Of a stretch of 64,000 nt of DNA, positions 23,601-34,371 are shown piece after piece; the stretch's first letter is position 1, and each line of letters starts with the position of its first letter. The notes beneath the pieces are model-generated. The model was given only the letters and a program-made list of their open reading frames with translations. It was not told where the DNA came from and ran no database searches. The DNA is from Eledone cirrhosa (taxonomy: Eukaryota). The stretch is taken from NCBI GenBank assembly GCA_964016885.1, contig OZ024741.1:408332001-408396000 (forward strand), written 5' to 3'. The position numbers and the translations under genes were made by a program.

Positions 23601-26600
23601 GAGAGATGGAGGGAAAGAGAGAAAGGGTGTGAGAACGAGAGATGGAGGGAAAGAGAAAAAGAGAGAGAGAACGAGAGATGGAGGGAAAGAGAGAAAGAGT
23701 GAGAGAACGAGAGATGGAGGGAAAGAGAAAGAGAGAGAACGATAGATGGAGGGAAAGAGAGAAAGAGTGAGAGAACGAGAGATGGAGGGAATGAGAGAAA
23801 GAGGGAGAGAACGAGAGATGGAAGGAAAGAGAGAAAGTGAGAGAGAACGAGAGATGGAGGGAAAGAGAGAGAGACAGTGAGAGAACGAGAGATGGAGGGA
23901 AAGAGAGAAAGAGTGAGAGAACGAGAGATGGAGGGACAGAGAGAAAGAGAGAGAGAACGAGAAATTGAGGGAAAGAGAGAAAGGGAGAGAGAACGAGAGA
24001 TGGAGGGAAAGAGAGAAAGAGTGAGAGAACGAGAGATGGAGGGAAAGAGAGAAAGAGTGAGAGAACGAGAGATGGAGGGAAAGAGAGAAAGAGTGAGAGA
24101 ACGAGATATGGAGGGAAAGAGAGAAAGAGAGAGAGAAAGAGAGATGGAGGGAAAGAGAGAAAGAGAGAGAGAACGAGAGATGGAGGGAAAGAGAGAAAGA
24201 GTGAGAGAACGAAAGATGGAGGGAGAGAGAGAAAGAGTGAGAGTACGAAAGATGGAGGGAAAGAGAGAGAAAGAGTGTGAGAACGAAAGATGGAGGGAAA
24301 GAGAGAAAGATTGAGAGAATGAGAGATGGAGGGAAAGAGAGAAAGAGTGAGAGAACGAGAGATGGAGGGAAAGAGAGAAAGAGTGAGAGAACGAGAGATG
24401 GAGGGAAAGATAGAAAGAGTGAGAGAACGAAAGATGGAGGGAAAGAGAGCAAGAGAGAGAGAACGAGAGATGGAGGGAAAGAGATAAAGGGAGAGAGAAC
24501 GAGAGATGGAGGGAAAGAGTGAAAGAGTGAGAGAACGAGAGATGGAGGGAAAGACAGAAAGAGAGAGAGAAGGAAAGATGGGGGGAAAGGGAGAGAACGA
24601 GAGATGGAGGGAGAGAGAGAAAGAGTGAGACAAAGAGAGATGGAGTGAGAGAATGAGAGAACGAGAGCTGTAAGGAAAGAGAGAAAGAGTGAGAGAACGA
24701 GAGATGGAGGGAAAGAGAAAGACAGAGAACGAGAGATGGAGGGAAAGAGAGAAAGGGTGAGAGAACGAGAGATGGAGGGAAAGAGAGAGAGAGTGAGAGA
24801 ACGAGAGATGGAGGGAAAGAGAAAGAGAGAGAACGATAGATGGAGGGAAAGAGAGAAAGAGTGAGAGAACGAGAGATGGTGGGAAAGAGAAAGAGAGAGA
24901 ACGATAGATGGAGGGAAAGAGAGAAAGAGTGAGAGAACGAGAGATGGAGGGAAAGAGAGAAAGAGGGAGAGAACGAGAGATGGAAGGAAAGAGAGAAAGT
25001 GAGAGAGAACGAGAGATCGAGGGAAAGAGAGAGAGAGAGTGAGAGAACGAGAGATGGAGGGAAAGAGAGAAAGAGTGAGAAAACGAGAGATGGAGGGAAA
25101 GAGAGAAAGGGAGAGAGAACGAGAGATGGAGGGAAAGAGAGAAAGAGTGAGAGAACGAGAGATGGAGGGACAGAGAGAAAGAGAGAGAGAACGAGAAATT
25201 GAGGGATAGAGAGAAAGGGAGAGAGAACGAGAGATGGAGGGAAATAGAGAAAGAGTGAGAGAACGAGAGATGGAGGGAAAGAGAGAAAGAGTGAGAGAAC
25301 GAGAGATGGAGGTAAAGAGAGAAAGAGTGAGAGAACGAGAGATGGAGGGAAAGAGAGAAAGAGAGAGAGAAAGAGAGATGGAGGGAAAGAGAGAAAGAGA
25401 GAGAGTACGAGAGATGGAGGGAAAGAGAGAAAGAGTGAGAGAACGAAAGATGGAGGGAGAGAGAGAAAGAGTGTGAGAACGAAAGATGGAGGGAAAGAGA
25501 GAAAGAGTGAGAGAACGAGAGATGGAGGGAAAGAGAGCAAGAGAGAGAGAACGAGAGATGGAGGGAAAGAGATAAAGGGAGAGAGAACGAGAGATGGAGG
25601 GAAAGAGAGAAAGAGTGAGAGTACGAGAGATGGAGGGAAAGAGAGAAAGAGTGAGAGAACGAGAGATGGAGGGAAAGAGAGAAAGAGTGAGAGAACGAGA
25701 GATGGAGGGAAAGACAGAAAGAGAGAGAGAACGAAAGGTGGGGGAAAGAGAGAGAACGAGAGATGGAGGGAGAGAGAGAAAGAGTGAGACAAAGAGAGAT
25801 GGAGAGAAAGAATGAGAGAACGAGAGCTGGAAGGAAAGAGAGAAAGAGTGAGAGAACGAGAGATGGAGGGAAAGACAGAAAGAGAGAGAGAACGAAAGAT
25901 GGGGGGAAAGAGAGAGAAAGAGTAAGAGAACGAAACATGGAGGGAAAGAGAGAAAGAGTGAGAGAACGAGAGATGGAGGGAAAGAGAGAAAGGTAGGGAG
26001 AACGAGAGATGGATGGAAAGAGAGAAAGAGTGAGAGAACGAGAGATGGAGGGAGAGAGAGAAAGAGTGAGAGAACGAGAGTTGGAGGGAAAGAGAGAAAG
26101 GTAGAGAGAACGAGAGATGGAGGGAAAGAGAGAAAGAGTGAGAGAACGAGAGATGGAGGGAGTGAGAGAAAGAGTGAGAGAACGAGAGATGGCGGGAAAG
26201 AGAGAAAGAGTGAGAGAACGAAAGATGGAGGGAAAGAGAGAGAAAGAGTGAGAGAACGAAAGATGGAGGGAAAGAGAGAAAGAGTGAGAGAAAGAGAGAT
26301 GGAGGGAAAGAGAGAAAGGGAGAGAGAACGAAAGATGGAGGGAAAGAGAGAGAGAGTGAGAGAACGAGAGATGGAGGGAAAGGGAGAAAGAGAGAGAGAA
26401 CGACAGATGGAGGGAGAGAGAGAAAGAGTGAGAGAACGAAAGATGGAGGGAAAGAGAGAAAGGGAGAGAGAACGTGAGATGGAGGGAAAGAGAGAGAAAG
26501 AGTGAGAGAACGAGAGATGGAGGGAAAGAGAGAAAGAGTGAGAGAACGTGAGATGGAGGGGGAGAGAGAAAGAGTGAGAGAACAAAACATGGAAGGAAAG

Positions 26601-28395
26601 AGAGAAAGGGAGAGAGAACGTGAGATGGAGGGAAAGAGAGGAAGGGAGAGAGAACGAGAGATGGATGGAAAGGGAGAGAGAGTGAGAGAACGAGATATGG
26701 AGGGAAAGAGAGAAAGAGAGAGAGAACGAGAGATGGAGGGAAAGAGAGAAAGGGAGAGAGAACGAGAGATGGAGGGAAAGAGAGAAAGAGTGAGAGAACG
26801 AGAGATGGAGGGAAAGAGAGAGAAAGAGTGAGAGAACGAAAGATGGAGGGAAAGAGAGAAAGAGAGAGAGAACGAGAGATGGAGGGAAAGAGAGAAAGGG
26901 AGAGAGAACGAGAGATGCAGGGAAAGAGAGAAAGAGTGAGAGATCGAGAGATGGATGGAGAGAGAGAAAGAGTGAGAGAACGAAAGATGGAGGGAAAGAG
27001 AGAGAAAGAGTGAGAGAACGAAAGATGGAGGGAAAGAGAGAAAGAGTGAGAGAACGTGAGATGGAGGGAAAGAGAGAAAGAGTGAGAGAACGTGAGATGG
27101 AGGGAAAGAGAGAAAGTGTAAGAGAAGGAGAGATAGAGAGAAATAGAGAAAGAGAGAGAGAACGAGAGATGGAGGGAAAGCGAGAAAGAGTGAGAGAACG
27201 AGAGATGGAGGGAAAGAGAGAAAGAGTGAGAGAACGAGAGATGGAGGGAAAGAGAGAAAGAGAGAGAGAACGAGAGATGGAGGGAAAGAGAGAGAAAGAG
27301 TGAGAGAACGAGAGATGGAGGGAGAGAGAGAAAGAGGGAGAGAACGAGAGATGGAGGGAGAGAGAGAAAGAGTGAGAGAACGAGAGATGGACGGAGAGAG
27401 AGAAAGAGAGAGAGAACCAGAGATGGAGGGAAAGAGAGAAAGAGTGAGAGAACGAGAGATGGAGGGAGAGAGAGAAAGAGTGAGAGAACGAGAGATGGAG
27501 GGAAAGAGAGTAAGAGTGAGAGAACGAGAGATGGAGGGAGCGAGAGAAAGAGTGAGAGAACGAGAGATGGAGGGAAAGAGAGAAAGAGTGAGAGAACGAG
27601 AGATGGATGGAGAGAGTGAAAGAGTTAGAGAACGAGAGATGGAGGGAGAGAGAGAAAGAGTGAGAGAACGAGAGATGGAGGGAAAGAGAGAAACAGAGAG
27701 AGAACGAGAGATGGAGGGAAAGAGAGAAAGAGTGAGACAACGAGAGATGGAGAGAAAGAGAGAGAACGAAAGATGGAGGGAAAGAGAGAAAGAGAGAGAG
27801 AACGAGAGATGGAGGGAAAGAGAGAAAGAGTGAGACAACGAGAGATGGAGAGAAAGAGAGAGAACGAAAGATGGAGGGAAAGAGAGAAAGAGAGAAAGAG
27901 AGAGAGAATGAGATATGGAGGGAGAGAGAGAAAGATAGAGAGAACGAGAGATGGAGGGAAAGAGAGAAAGAGAGTGACAACGAAAGATGGAGGGAAAGAG
28001 AGAGAAAGAGTGAGAGAACGAGAGATGGAGGGAAAGAGAGAAAGAGTGAGTGAACGAGAGATGGAGGGAAAGAGAGAAAGAGTGAGGGAGAACGAAAGAT
28101 GGAGGGAAAGAGAGAAAGAGACAGAGAACGAGAGATGGAGGGAAAGAGAGAGAAAGAGTGAGAGTACGAGAGATGGAGGGAAAGAGAGAAAGAGAGAGAG
28201 AACGAGAGATGGAGGGAAAGAGAGAGAAAGAGTGAGAGAACGAGAGATGGAGGGAAAGAGAGAAAGAGTGAGAGAGAACGAAAGATGGAGGGAAAGAGAG
28301 AAAGAGAGAACGAGAGATGGAGGGAGAGAGAAAGAGTGAGAGAACGAGAGATGGAGGGAAAGCGAGAGAGACAGAGAAAAGGAAAGAGAGAGAAG
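14643..28395. repeat. Purine-rich 36-bp minisatellite (GAGAGAACGAGAGATGGAGGGAAAGAGAGAAAGAGT), ~13.7 kb, with higher-order blocks
   Basis: 12-aa periodicity in the ORF track (REREMEGKRERV, ERTRDGGKERKS); identical variant blocks recur at offsets 666, ~4014-4082 and ~3224. Confidence 0.97.
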
Positions 28396-28828
28396 AATAT
28401 TTACTCTAATAAAAAGCGCGGTATTTAGTGTTTTCCTTACAAATATTGTCTCCTTGTCACGGCTGTCGTCCAACATGTCTTCCTTAACATATTCCACCAA
28501 AATAATTCCTTTCTTGTCGCCAAACTCCTCTCATTTACTCGGACAATTGTCTGGATAACTTTTCTACTCTCGAACTCAATTAATTAAAGTCATTAATATC
28601 TTTCATTCACCGAAGATTTGTATGTTGGGGTCCTTGGTTTGTATTATTTTCCTCTTTCTCTCCGGTATAAAAGTATTTCTGCTGACAACTTTGAAGAAAG
28701 TAACTTAAAGTTGTTTTAACTTGAGAAATGTGTTTATATATGTTGAGAGTTGTGGTGGGCGTGGCGGCATGACCCTGGAAACCATGCAGTGACTTAGTAA
28801 GACTTTAGCTACAAATAGAATAGTTGTA

Positions 28829-28975
28829 AGGAGGAGGAGACGGATGAGGAGAAGAAGAAGGGGGAGGATGAGAATAAGAAAGGGGAGGGGGATAAGAAGG
28901 AGGGGAGGTTAAGGAGGATGTTAAGAAGAATAAGAAGGAGGAGGATAAAAAGAAGAAGAGGACGAGGAAAAACAA
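28829..28975. repeat. GGA/GAA-rich low-complexity tract
   Basis: Degenerate AGG/AAG triplets. Confidence 0.7.
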
Positions 28976-29006
28976 TACTATGATAATATATACAACAATA
29001 GTAATG

Positions 29007-29145
29007 GTTTCTACTTTAGGCACAAGGCCAGCAATTTTGGGAGAGGGGAAAGTCGATTAAATTGACCCAGTACATTACTGTTACTTTATTTTATAAACCT
29101 CGTAAGGATGAAAGGCCAAGTTAACCTGGACCGGATTTGAACTCA
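29007..29145 (-). mobile_element. 5'-truncated copy of the same SINE family
   Basis: Shares gtttctactttaggcacaaggccagcaa...cccagtacattact...ggatttgaactca with 12939-13049 and keeps a ~30 bp segment missing there. Confidence 0.85.
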
Positions 29146-29243
29146 TCAATAGTAGAATAATAGAGACAAGATTGTGAGGTGTCTGGGAATGTGATAAAGA
29201 TTCATTTGTAGAAACACACCTTCAAGTGAATATCATTCACACA

Positions 29244-29298
<55 letters not shown>

Positions 29299-29301
<3 letters not shown>

Positions 29302-29346
29302 GAGTTATTTAATTTGTTGAATAATCAACAAATTAAATAACTCATT
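29299..29346. repeat. Perfect 22-bp-arm hairpin with a 4-nt loop, next to (TA)n
   Basis: aatgagttatttaatttgttga-ataa-tcaacaaattaaataactcatt. Confidence 0.9.
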
Positions 29347-29358
29347 GTGTATATATAT

Positions 29359-29485
29359 AAGCCAGAATCAGTTCCTGTATGAGCAAGACAAGGGCAGCCG
29401 ACTGGACACTGCCCACAACAGGACAACCCGTCTAACCCATGCTAGCGTGGAAGAACAGATGTAAAACGGTGATGATGATGATGAT
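29359..29485 (+). mobile_element. 3'-terminal fragment of the same RTE family with (GAT)n tail
   Basis: Matches ~10806-10925 (aagccaga..cagttcctgtatgagcaag...aacccatgctagcg...gtaaaacggtgatgatg). Confidence 0.93.
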
Positions 29486-29486
29486 A

Positions 29487-29560
<74 letters not shown>

Positions 29561-29907
29561 TAGAGAGAGAGAGATGTTTTCCTATATTATTTCTTGAAAT
29601 AAATTAATTTGTGGAGAGAATATATATAATTAGATTAATATATATTTAAGTTTCTATATATTGTATGTATATATATTGTATGTATATATTGTATATACTG
29701 TATGTATGTTGTAACTTGTGTATAACGTATTGTACAAGTGTTTGTAGGAAGGTGTGTGTATGTGTGTGTGATTTTAACTGCGCACAATGAAAGCATTTTA
29801 AAGTGAAACATCGTCATAACACGCACTATATATACATATATATATGAAGTATTTCCGTAGGAAAGGTAAAGGAAAAGAGAGTGCTCTATGTAGGCTACAG
29901 AGCTTTT

Positions 29908-30019
29908 TAGTTATGTAATAAACAACATAAGATAATTATTTCATTTAGACATAAGTATCTGTCTTCAAGAAACCACTGGTAAATGAAATAATTATCTTAT
30001 GTTGTTTATTACATAACTA
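29908..30019. repeat. Perfect 40-bp inverted repeat with a 32-nt spacer
   Basis: tagttatgtaataaacaacataagataattatttcattta at 29908-29947 and its reverse complement at 29980-30019; followed by a TA run. Confidence 0.9.
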
Positions 30020-30092
30020 TATATATATATATAACATTATATTGATATATATGTATATATAACATTATATATACATAAGTAACATTACAAAT

Positions 30093-30126
<34 letters not shown>

Positions 30127-30131
<5 letters not shown>

Positions 30132-30245
30132 CTAAGCTGTCTAAATGTATGTTATTACTCTGGGGTACTTTTCCCCATCCGAGTGCTAAAGCTACATACT
30201 GTAGCTTGGCCGCGAACTAAAGATTCGTTAATGCTGTACTAAAAT
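30127..30245. repeat. Diverged inverted fragment related to 7287-7402
   Basis: Its reverse complement shares gccaagcta, cactc, taccccagagt.ataacat and tttagacagctt.gcaaat with the 7.3 kb segment. Confidence 0.7.
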
Positions 30246-30246
30246 T

Positions 30247-30326
<80 letters not shown>

Positions 30327-30449
30327 GGAGGTGAGTTTTATTGTAGTACACTAAAGCAATGCAGATATCGGATAAGAAGCACTCTACAGTTTGTGGGACT
30401 GGAGTATGCATAATATAAGATCAAAAGATGGTTAAAGGAGTTCCATATA

Positions 30450-30516
30450 TTTTATTATGCGCATTTCAAAAACAAACATCATCAAGCAATAATATTTGTG
30501 TTTTCATCAGATAAAA
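30450..30516 (-). ncRNA. Type I hammerhead ribozyme (inverted copy)
   Basis: Reverse complement of 34009-34075. Confidence 0.85.
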
Positions 30517-31634
30517 CAGGAGAACATGATATGAAGGCTAAAAAACACTTGTGGAAACAGTTTTAAATCAACATATGAAAAGTGGTTTTAGATTGATGTG
30601 TGATATTGGGAAAAATATTTTATTTAGAGAGGGGGGGGGAGGATGAAAGGGGAGGAGATGAGAGGGAGAGATGGGTGATAGAGAGAAAGAGATAGTTTTT
30701 ATAACTGAGAGGAGATATATTTGTTACATAGAGAGGTTGAAAACCGTTGGAAGATACTGTATAAATTAAAAATTTTGAAAATTAACGAAGGGAGGATATG
30801 TGCGAGGAAAAATATTTTATTTAGGGAGGGCGGGTGGAAAGGATGAAAAAAAGGGGGGAGGAGATGAGAGTGAAGGTGGAGAGGGAGAGATGGGTGATAG
30901 AGAGAAAGAGATAGTTTTTATAACTGAGAAAAAGTTATATTGTTTTAATATAGAGAGGTTGGGAACCGTTGGAAGATAATGTATAAATTAAAGGAATTTG
31001 AAAATTAACGAAGGGAAATTATGTATGAAGATAGAGAGAAAAAAATAATAATTGTGGGTGAATATTCTAACGTCAAAAAAAGAAATGTATGTATTGTGGC
31101 AATTTCCAAATTAGCGAAGAGAAAAATTGTTAAGGTTTGTGTGTAGAAGGATTTGAGAAAAATAATGTGAAGTTAAAGTTTGTATATTGATTGAATTGAT
31201 GATATGTGCGAATAAAGAGTTAATATGTATTAATAATGAGTTCGTTGATGGGGAGAAAAAAATAATAATAAATTAAGGATGAAATTGAGATTAAAAAGAT
31301 TTATGATAGAGAGAAAAAATAATAATGATTGCGGATGAATATTCAAATGACAAAAACAAAAACAAATGTTATGATTTTACGAGAAGATAGAATGAGGGTA
31401 ATGAGTAAACGAGTATTATAGAGTGTATAATGCCCTTTAAAGTAAGGTAGATGGGTATATTTTAAAGAGGTGTATGTATATGTGCCTTTGAGAAAAGATT
31501 CTAAATTGATAAAGAATTGAATATTAACTGTATACTTTGTGAAAAGTTCTATGGAATTTATGCAGGCAGATAGAAAACAAATCTGAGCGTCTATTTATTA
31601 TAGAATCTAGGTTAGAGATAATGGTAAATTTTTG

Positions 31635-33002
31635 AGTCGGAAAATTCCTCAACTTCGCGGTGGAATTTATCGTGACGATGGACTCTTTACTATCCTAAAT
31701 TGCAATATAGTTAAACTTAATATTATTAAGAACAATATACGTAATCTCTTTAACCAACATAACCTAAAAATTGAATTTGATAATAGTATCAAACTAGCTA
31801 ATTTCTTGGATGTATCTCTTAATCTTGACACTGGCCTATATTACCCTTACCATAAAAACAATGAGAACCTTAATTATGTTAACTTTAAATCTAACCATCC
31901 TACCAATATCAAGAATGCTATAGTTAATAATATTGGAAATAGAATATCTAACATATCTTCTAATAAAAACATCTTTGATGCTAACGCCAATTACTATAAT
32001 AACGCACTTTCTAAAGCCGTCTATCCAGATAAAATCACATATAATAAAGAAACAAATTCTAGAAAAACTTACAGTAGAATAATTAATCATAACCATTCCA
32101 ATAATTTTAATAAAAGACCTAGATACAAAAACATAATCTGGTATAATGCTCCTTTCTCCATCTCTATTAATAACAATATTCCTAAATTATTTTTTAGTGC
32201 CTTAAATAAATGCTTCCCTCCCTCACATATCTATAGTAAAATATTTAACAAACACACCATCAAATTTTCGTATTCTACATCCTCCAATATTTCCAACATC
32301 ATCTCTAAACACAACAACAAAATATTAAATACTAAATCTCTTCCTTCCAATATTGAATTTCATAATAACAGTAATAGTACTCCCGACGTCATTGTAAACC
32401 CTAGGCTAACTTCTGTAAACCCAAATACAACGTCAAACACAACTTCGCTAAATGTTCATAATCCAACTCTAAATCAAGAAACTATTATTCCTATTATTCC
32501 TATCGCAAACAACTTCTCCAATCCAATTCCTTCTATAGATAACACTAGATCACTCATTAATAATCTCTCTAATTGCAACTGCCGCATTAAAAATAAATGT
32601 CCTCTCAACAACCATTGCCTCGATAAAAACTTAATTTATGAATGTAAAATTATAACTAGCACCAATTCCTTCACCTATTTTGGCTCCACTTCCACCTCTT
32701 TTAAAGCTCGTCTCTATAATCATCATTCATCTTTCAAATACAAACTTAAAAGAACTAACACTGCTCTCTCAGAACTCATATGGTCCCTAAAAGACAAAAA
32801 CATTAAATATACCATCTTTTGGAAGAAGATTTCTTCTGCATCCTCATACTTGAACAGCTCTCTATCTAAAATCTGTAATCTCTGCCTAAATGAAAAATTT
32901 ACCATTATCTCTAACCTAGATTCTATAATAAATAGACGCTCAGATTTGTTTTCTATCTGCCTGCATAAATTCCATAGAACTTTTCACAAAGTATACAGTT
33001 AA
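31635..33002 (+). pseudogene. 5'-truncated PLE-2 ORF: RT C-terminal half and GIY-YIG endonuclease
   Basis: GIYRDDGL, NFLDVSLNL, YVNFKSNHP, IIWYNAPFS, KIFNKHTIKFSYS, CNCR..CPL..C..NLIY..YFG..FKAR..H..TALSELIWSLK..CNLCLNEK; the TTG start at 31632 is only the inversion junction. Confidence 0.88.
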
Positions 33003-33510
33003 TATTCAATTCTTTATCAATTTAGAATCTTTTCTCAAAGGCACATATACATACACCTCTTTAAAATATACCCATCTACCTTACTTTAAAGGGCATTATA
33101 CACTCTATAATACTCGTTTACTCATTACCCTCATTCTATCTTCTCGTAAAATCATAACATTTGTTTTTGTTTTTGTCATTTGAATATTCATCCGCAATCA
33201 TTATTATTTTTTCTCTCTATCATAAATCTTTTTAATCTCAATTTCATCCTTAATTTATTATTATTTTTTTCTCCCCATCAACGAACTCATTATTAATACA
33301 TATTAACTCTTTATTCGCACATATCATCAATTCAATCAATATACAAACTTTAACTTCACATTATTTTTCTCAAATCCTTCTACACACTAACCTTAACAAT
33401 TTTTCTCTTCGCTAATTTTGAAATTGCCACAATACATACATTTCTTCTTTTGACGTTAGAATATTCACCCACAATTATTATTTTTTTCTCTCTATCTTCA
33501 TACATAATTT

Positions 33511-33913
33511 CCCTTCGTTAATTTTCAAATTCCTTTAATTTATACATTATCTTTCAACGGTTCCCAACCTCTCTATATTAAAACAATATATCTTTTTCTC
33601 AGTTATAAGAACTATCTCTTTCTCTCTATCACCCATCTCTCCCTCTCCACCTTCACTCTCATCTCCTCCCCCCTTTTTTTCATCCTTTCCACCCCCCTCC
33701 CTAAATAAAATATTTTTCCTCGCACATATCCTCCCTTCGTTAATTTTCAAAATTTTTAATTTATACAGTATCTTCCAACGGTTTTCAACCTCTCTATGTA
33801 ACAAATATATCTCCTCTCAGTTATAAAAACTATCTCTTTCTCTCTATCACCCATCTCTCCCTCTCATCTCCTCCCCTTTCACCCCCCCCCCTCTCTAAAT
33901 AAAATATTTTTCC
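33511..33913 (+). repeat. ~222 bp-period diverged tandem duplication in the PLE-2 3' UTR (mirrored in the inverted arm)
   Basis: cccttcgttaattttcaaa...ctaaataaaatatttttcc at 33511 and 33733. Confidence 0.85.
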
Positions 33914-34008
33914 CAATATCACACATCAATCTAAAACCACTTTTCATATGTTGATTTGAAACTGCACTATCCACAAGTGTTTTTTAGCCTTCATATAATG
34001 TTCTCCTG

Positions 34009-34075
34009 TTTTATCTGATGAAAACACAAATATTATTGCTTGATGATGTTTGTTTTTGAAATGCGCATAATAAAA
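34009..34075 (+). ncRNA. Type I hammerhead ribozyme with palindromic stem III; predicted cleavage after AUA at 34069
   Basis: Stem I ttttat/ataaaa; CTGATGA 34015-21; long stem II (acaaatattatt-gctt-gatgatgtttgt); GAAA 34058-61; ATGCGCAT palindrome. Confidence 0.87.
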
Positions 34076-34107
34076 TATATGGAACTCCTTTAACCATCTT
34101 TTGATCT

Positions 34108-34161
<54 letters not shown>

Positions 34162-34167
<6 letters not shown>

Positions 34168-34250
34168 GAAAGGTATAGAAAACATGTTAGCGAAATATAT
34201 ATATTATGGAATACTCTTGGCTTTTTGCTACAATGTTTACTATACCTTTC

Positions 34251-34256
<6 letters not shown>
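34162..34256. repeat. Imperfect foldback (~30 bp arms) between TA runs
   Basis: ataaatgaaaggtatagaaaacat ... atgtttactatacctttcatttat. Confidence 0.85.
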
Positions 34257-34324
<68 letters not shown>

Positions 34325-34371
34325 CATTATATATACTTAAGTAACATTACAAATTGATATATATATATATA

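Larger units (their letters stand above)
30410..34115 (+). mobile_element. Penelope-like element PLE-2 (Hydra-type motifs), 5'-truncated, with an inverted pseudo-LTR
   Basis: 30410-31633 is the near-identical reverse complement of 32893-34115; partial RT + GIY-YIG ORF between and overlapping; hammerhead in each arm. Confidence 0.92.

Noticed and set aside
14839-28500. Giant minus-strand ORFs (up to 3916 aa, S/L/F/P/H-rich) and many R/E/G/K-rich plus-strand ORFs
   Set aside because: By-products of a 36-bp unit whose pyrimidine-rich strand rarely forms stop codons; all three frames are open and there is no domain content.
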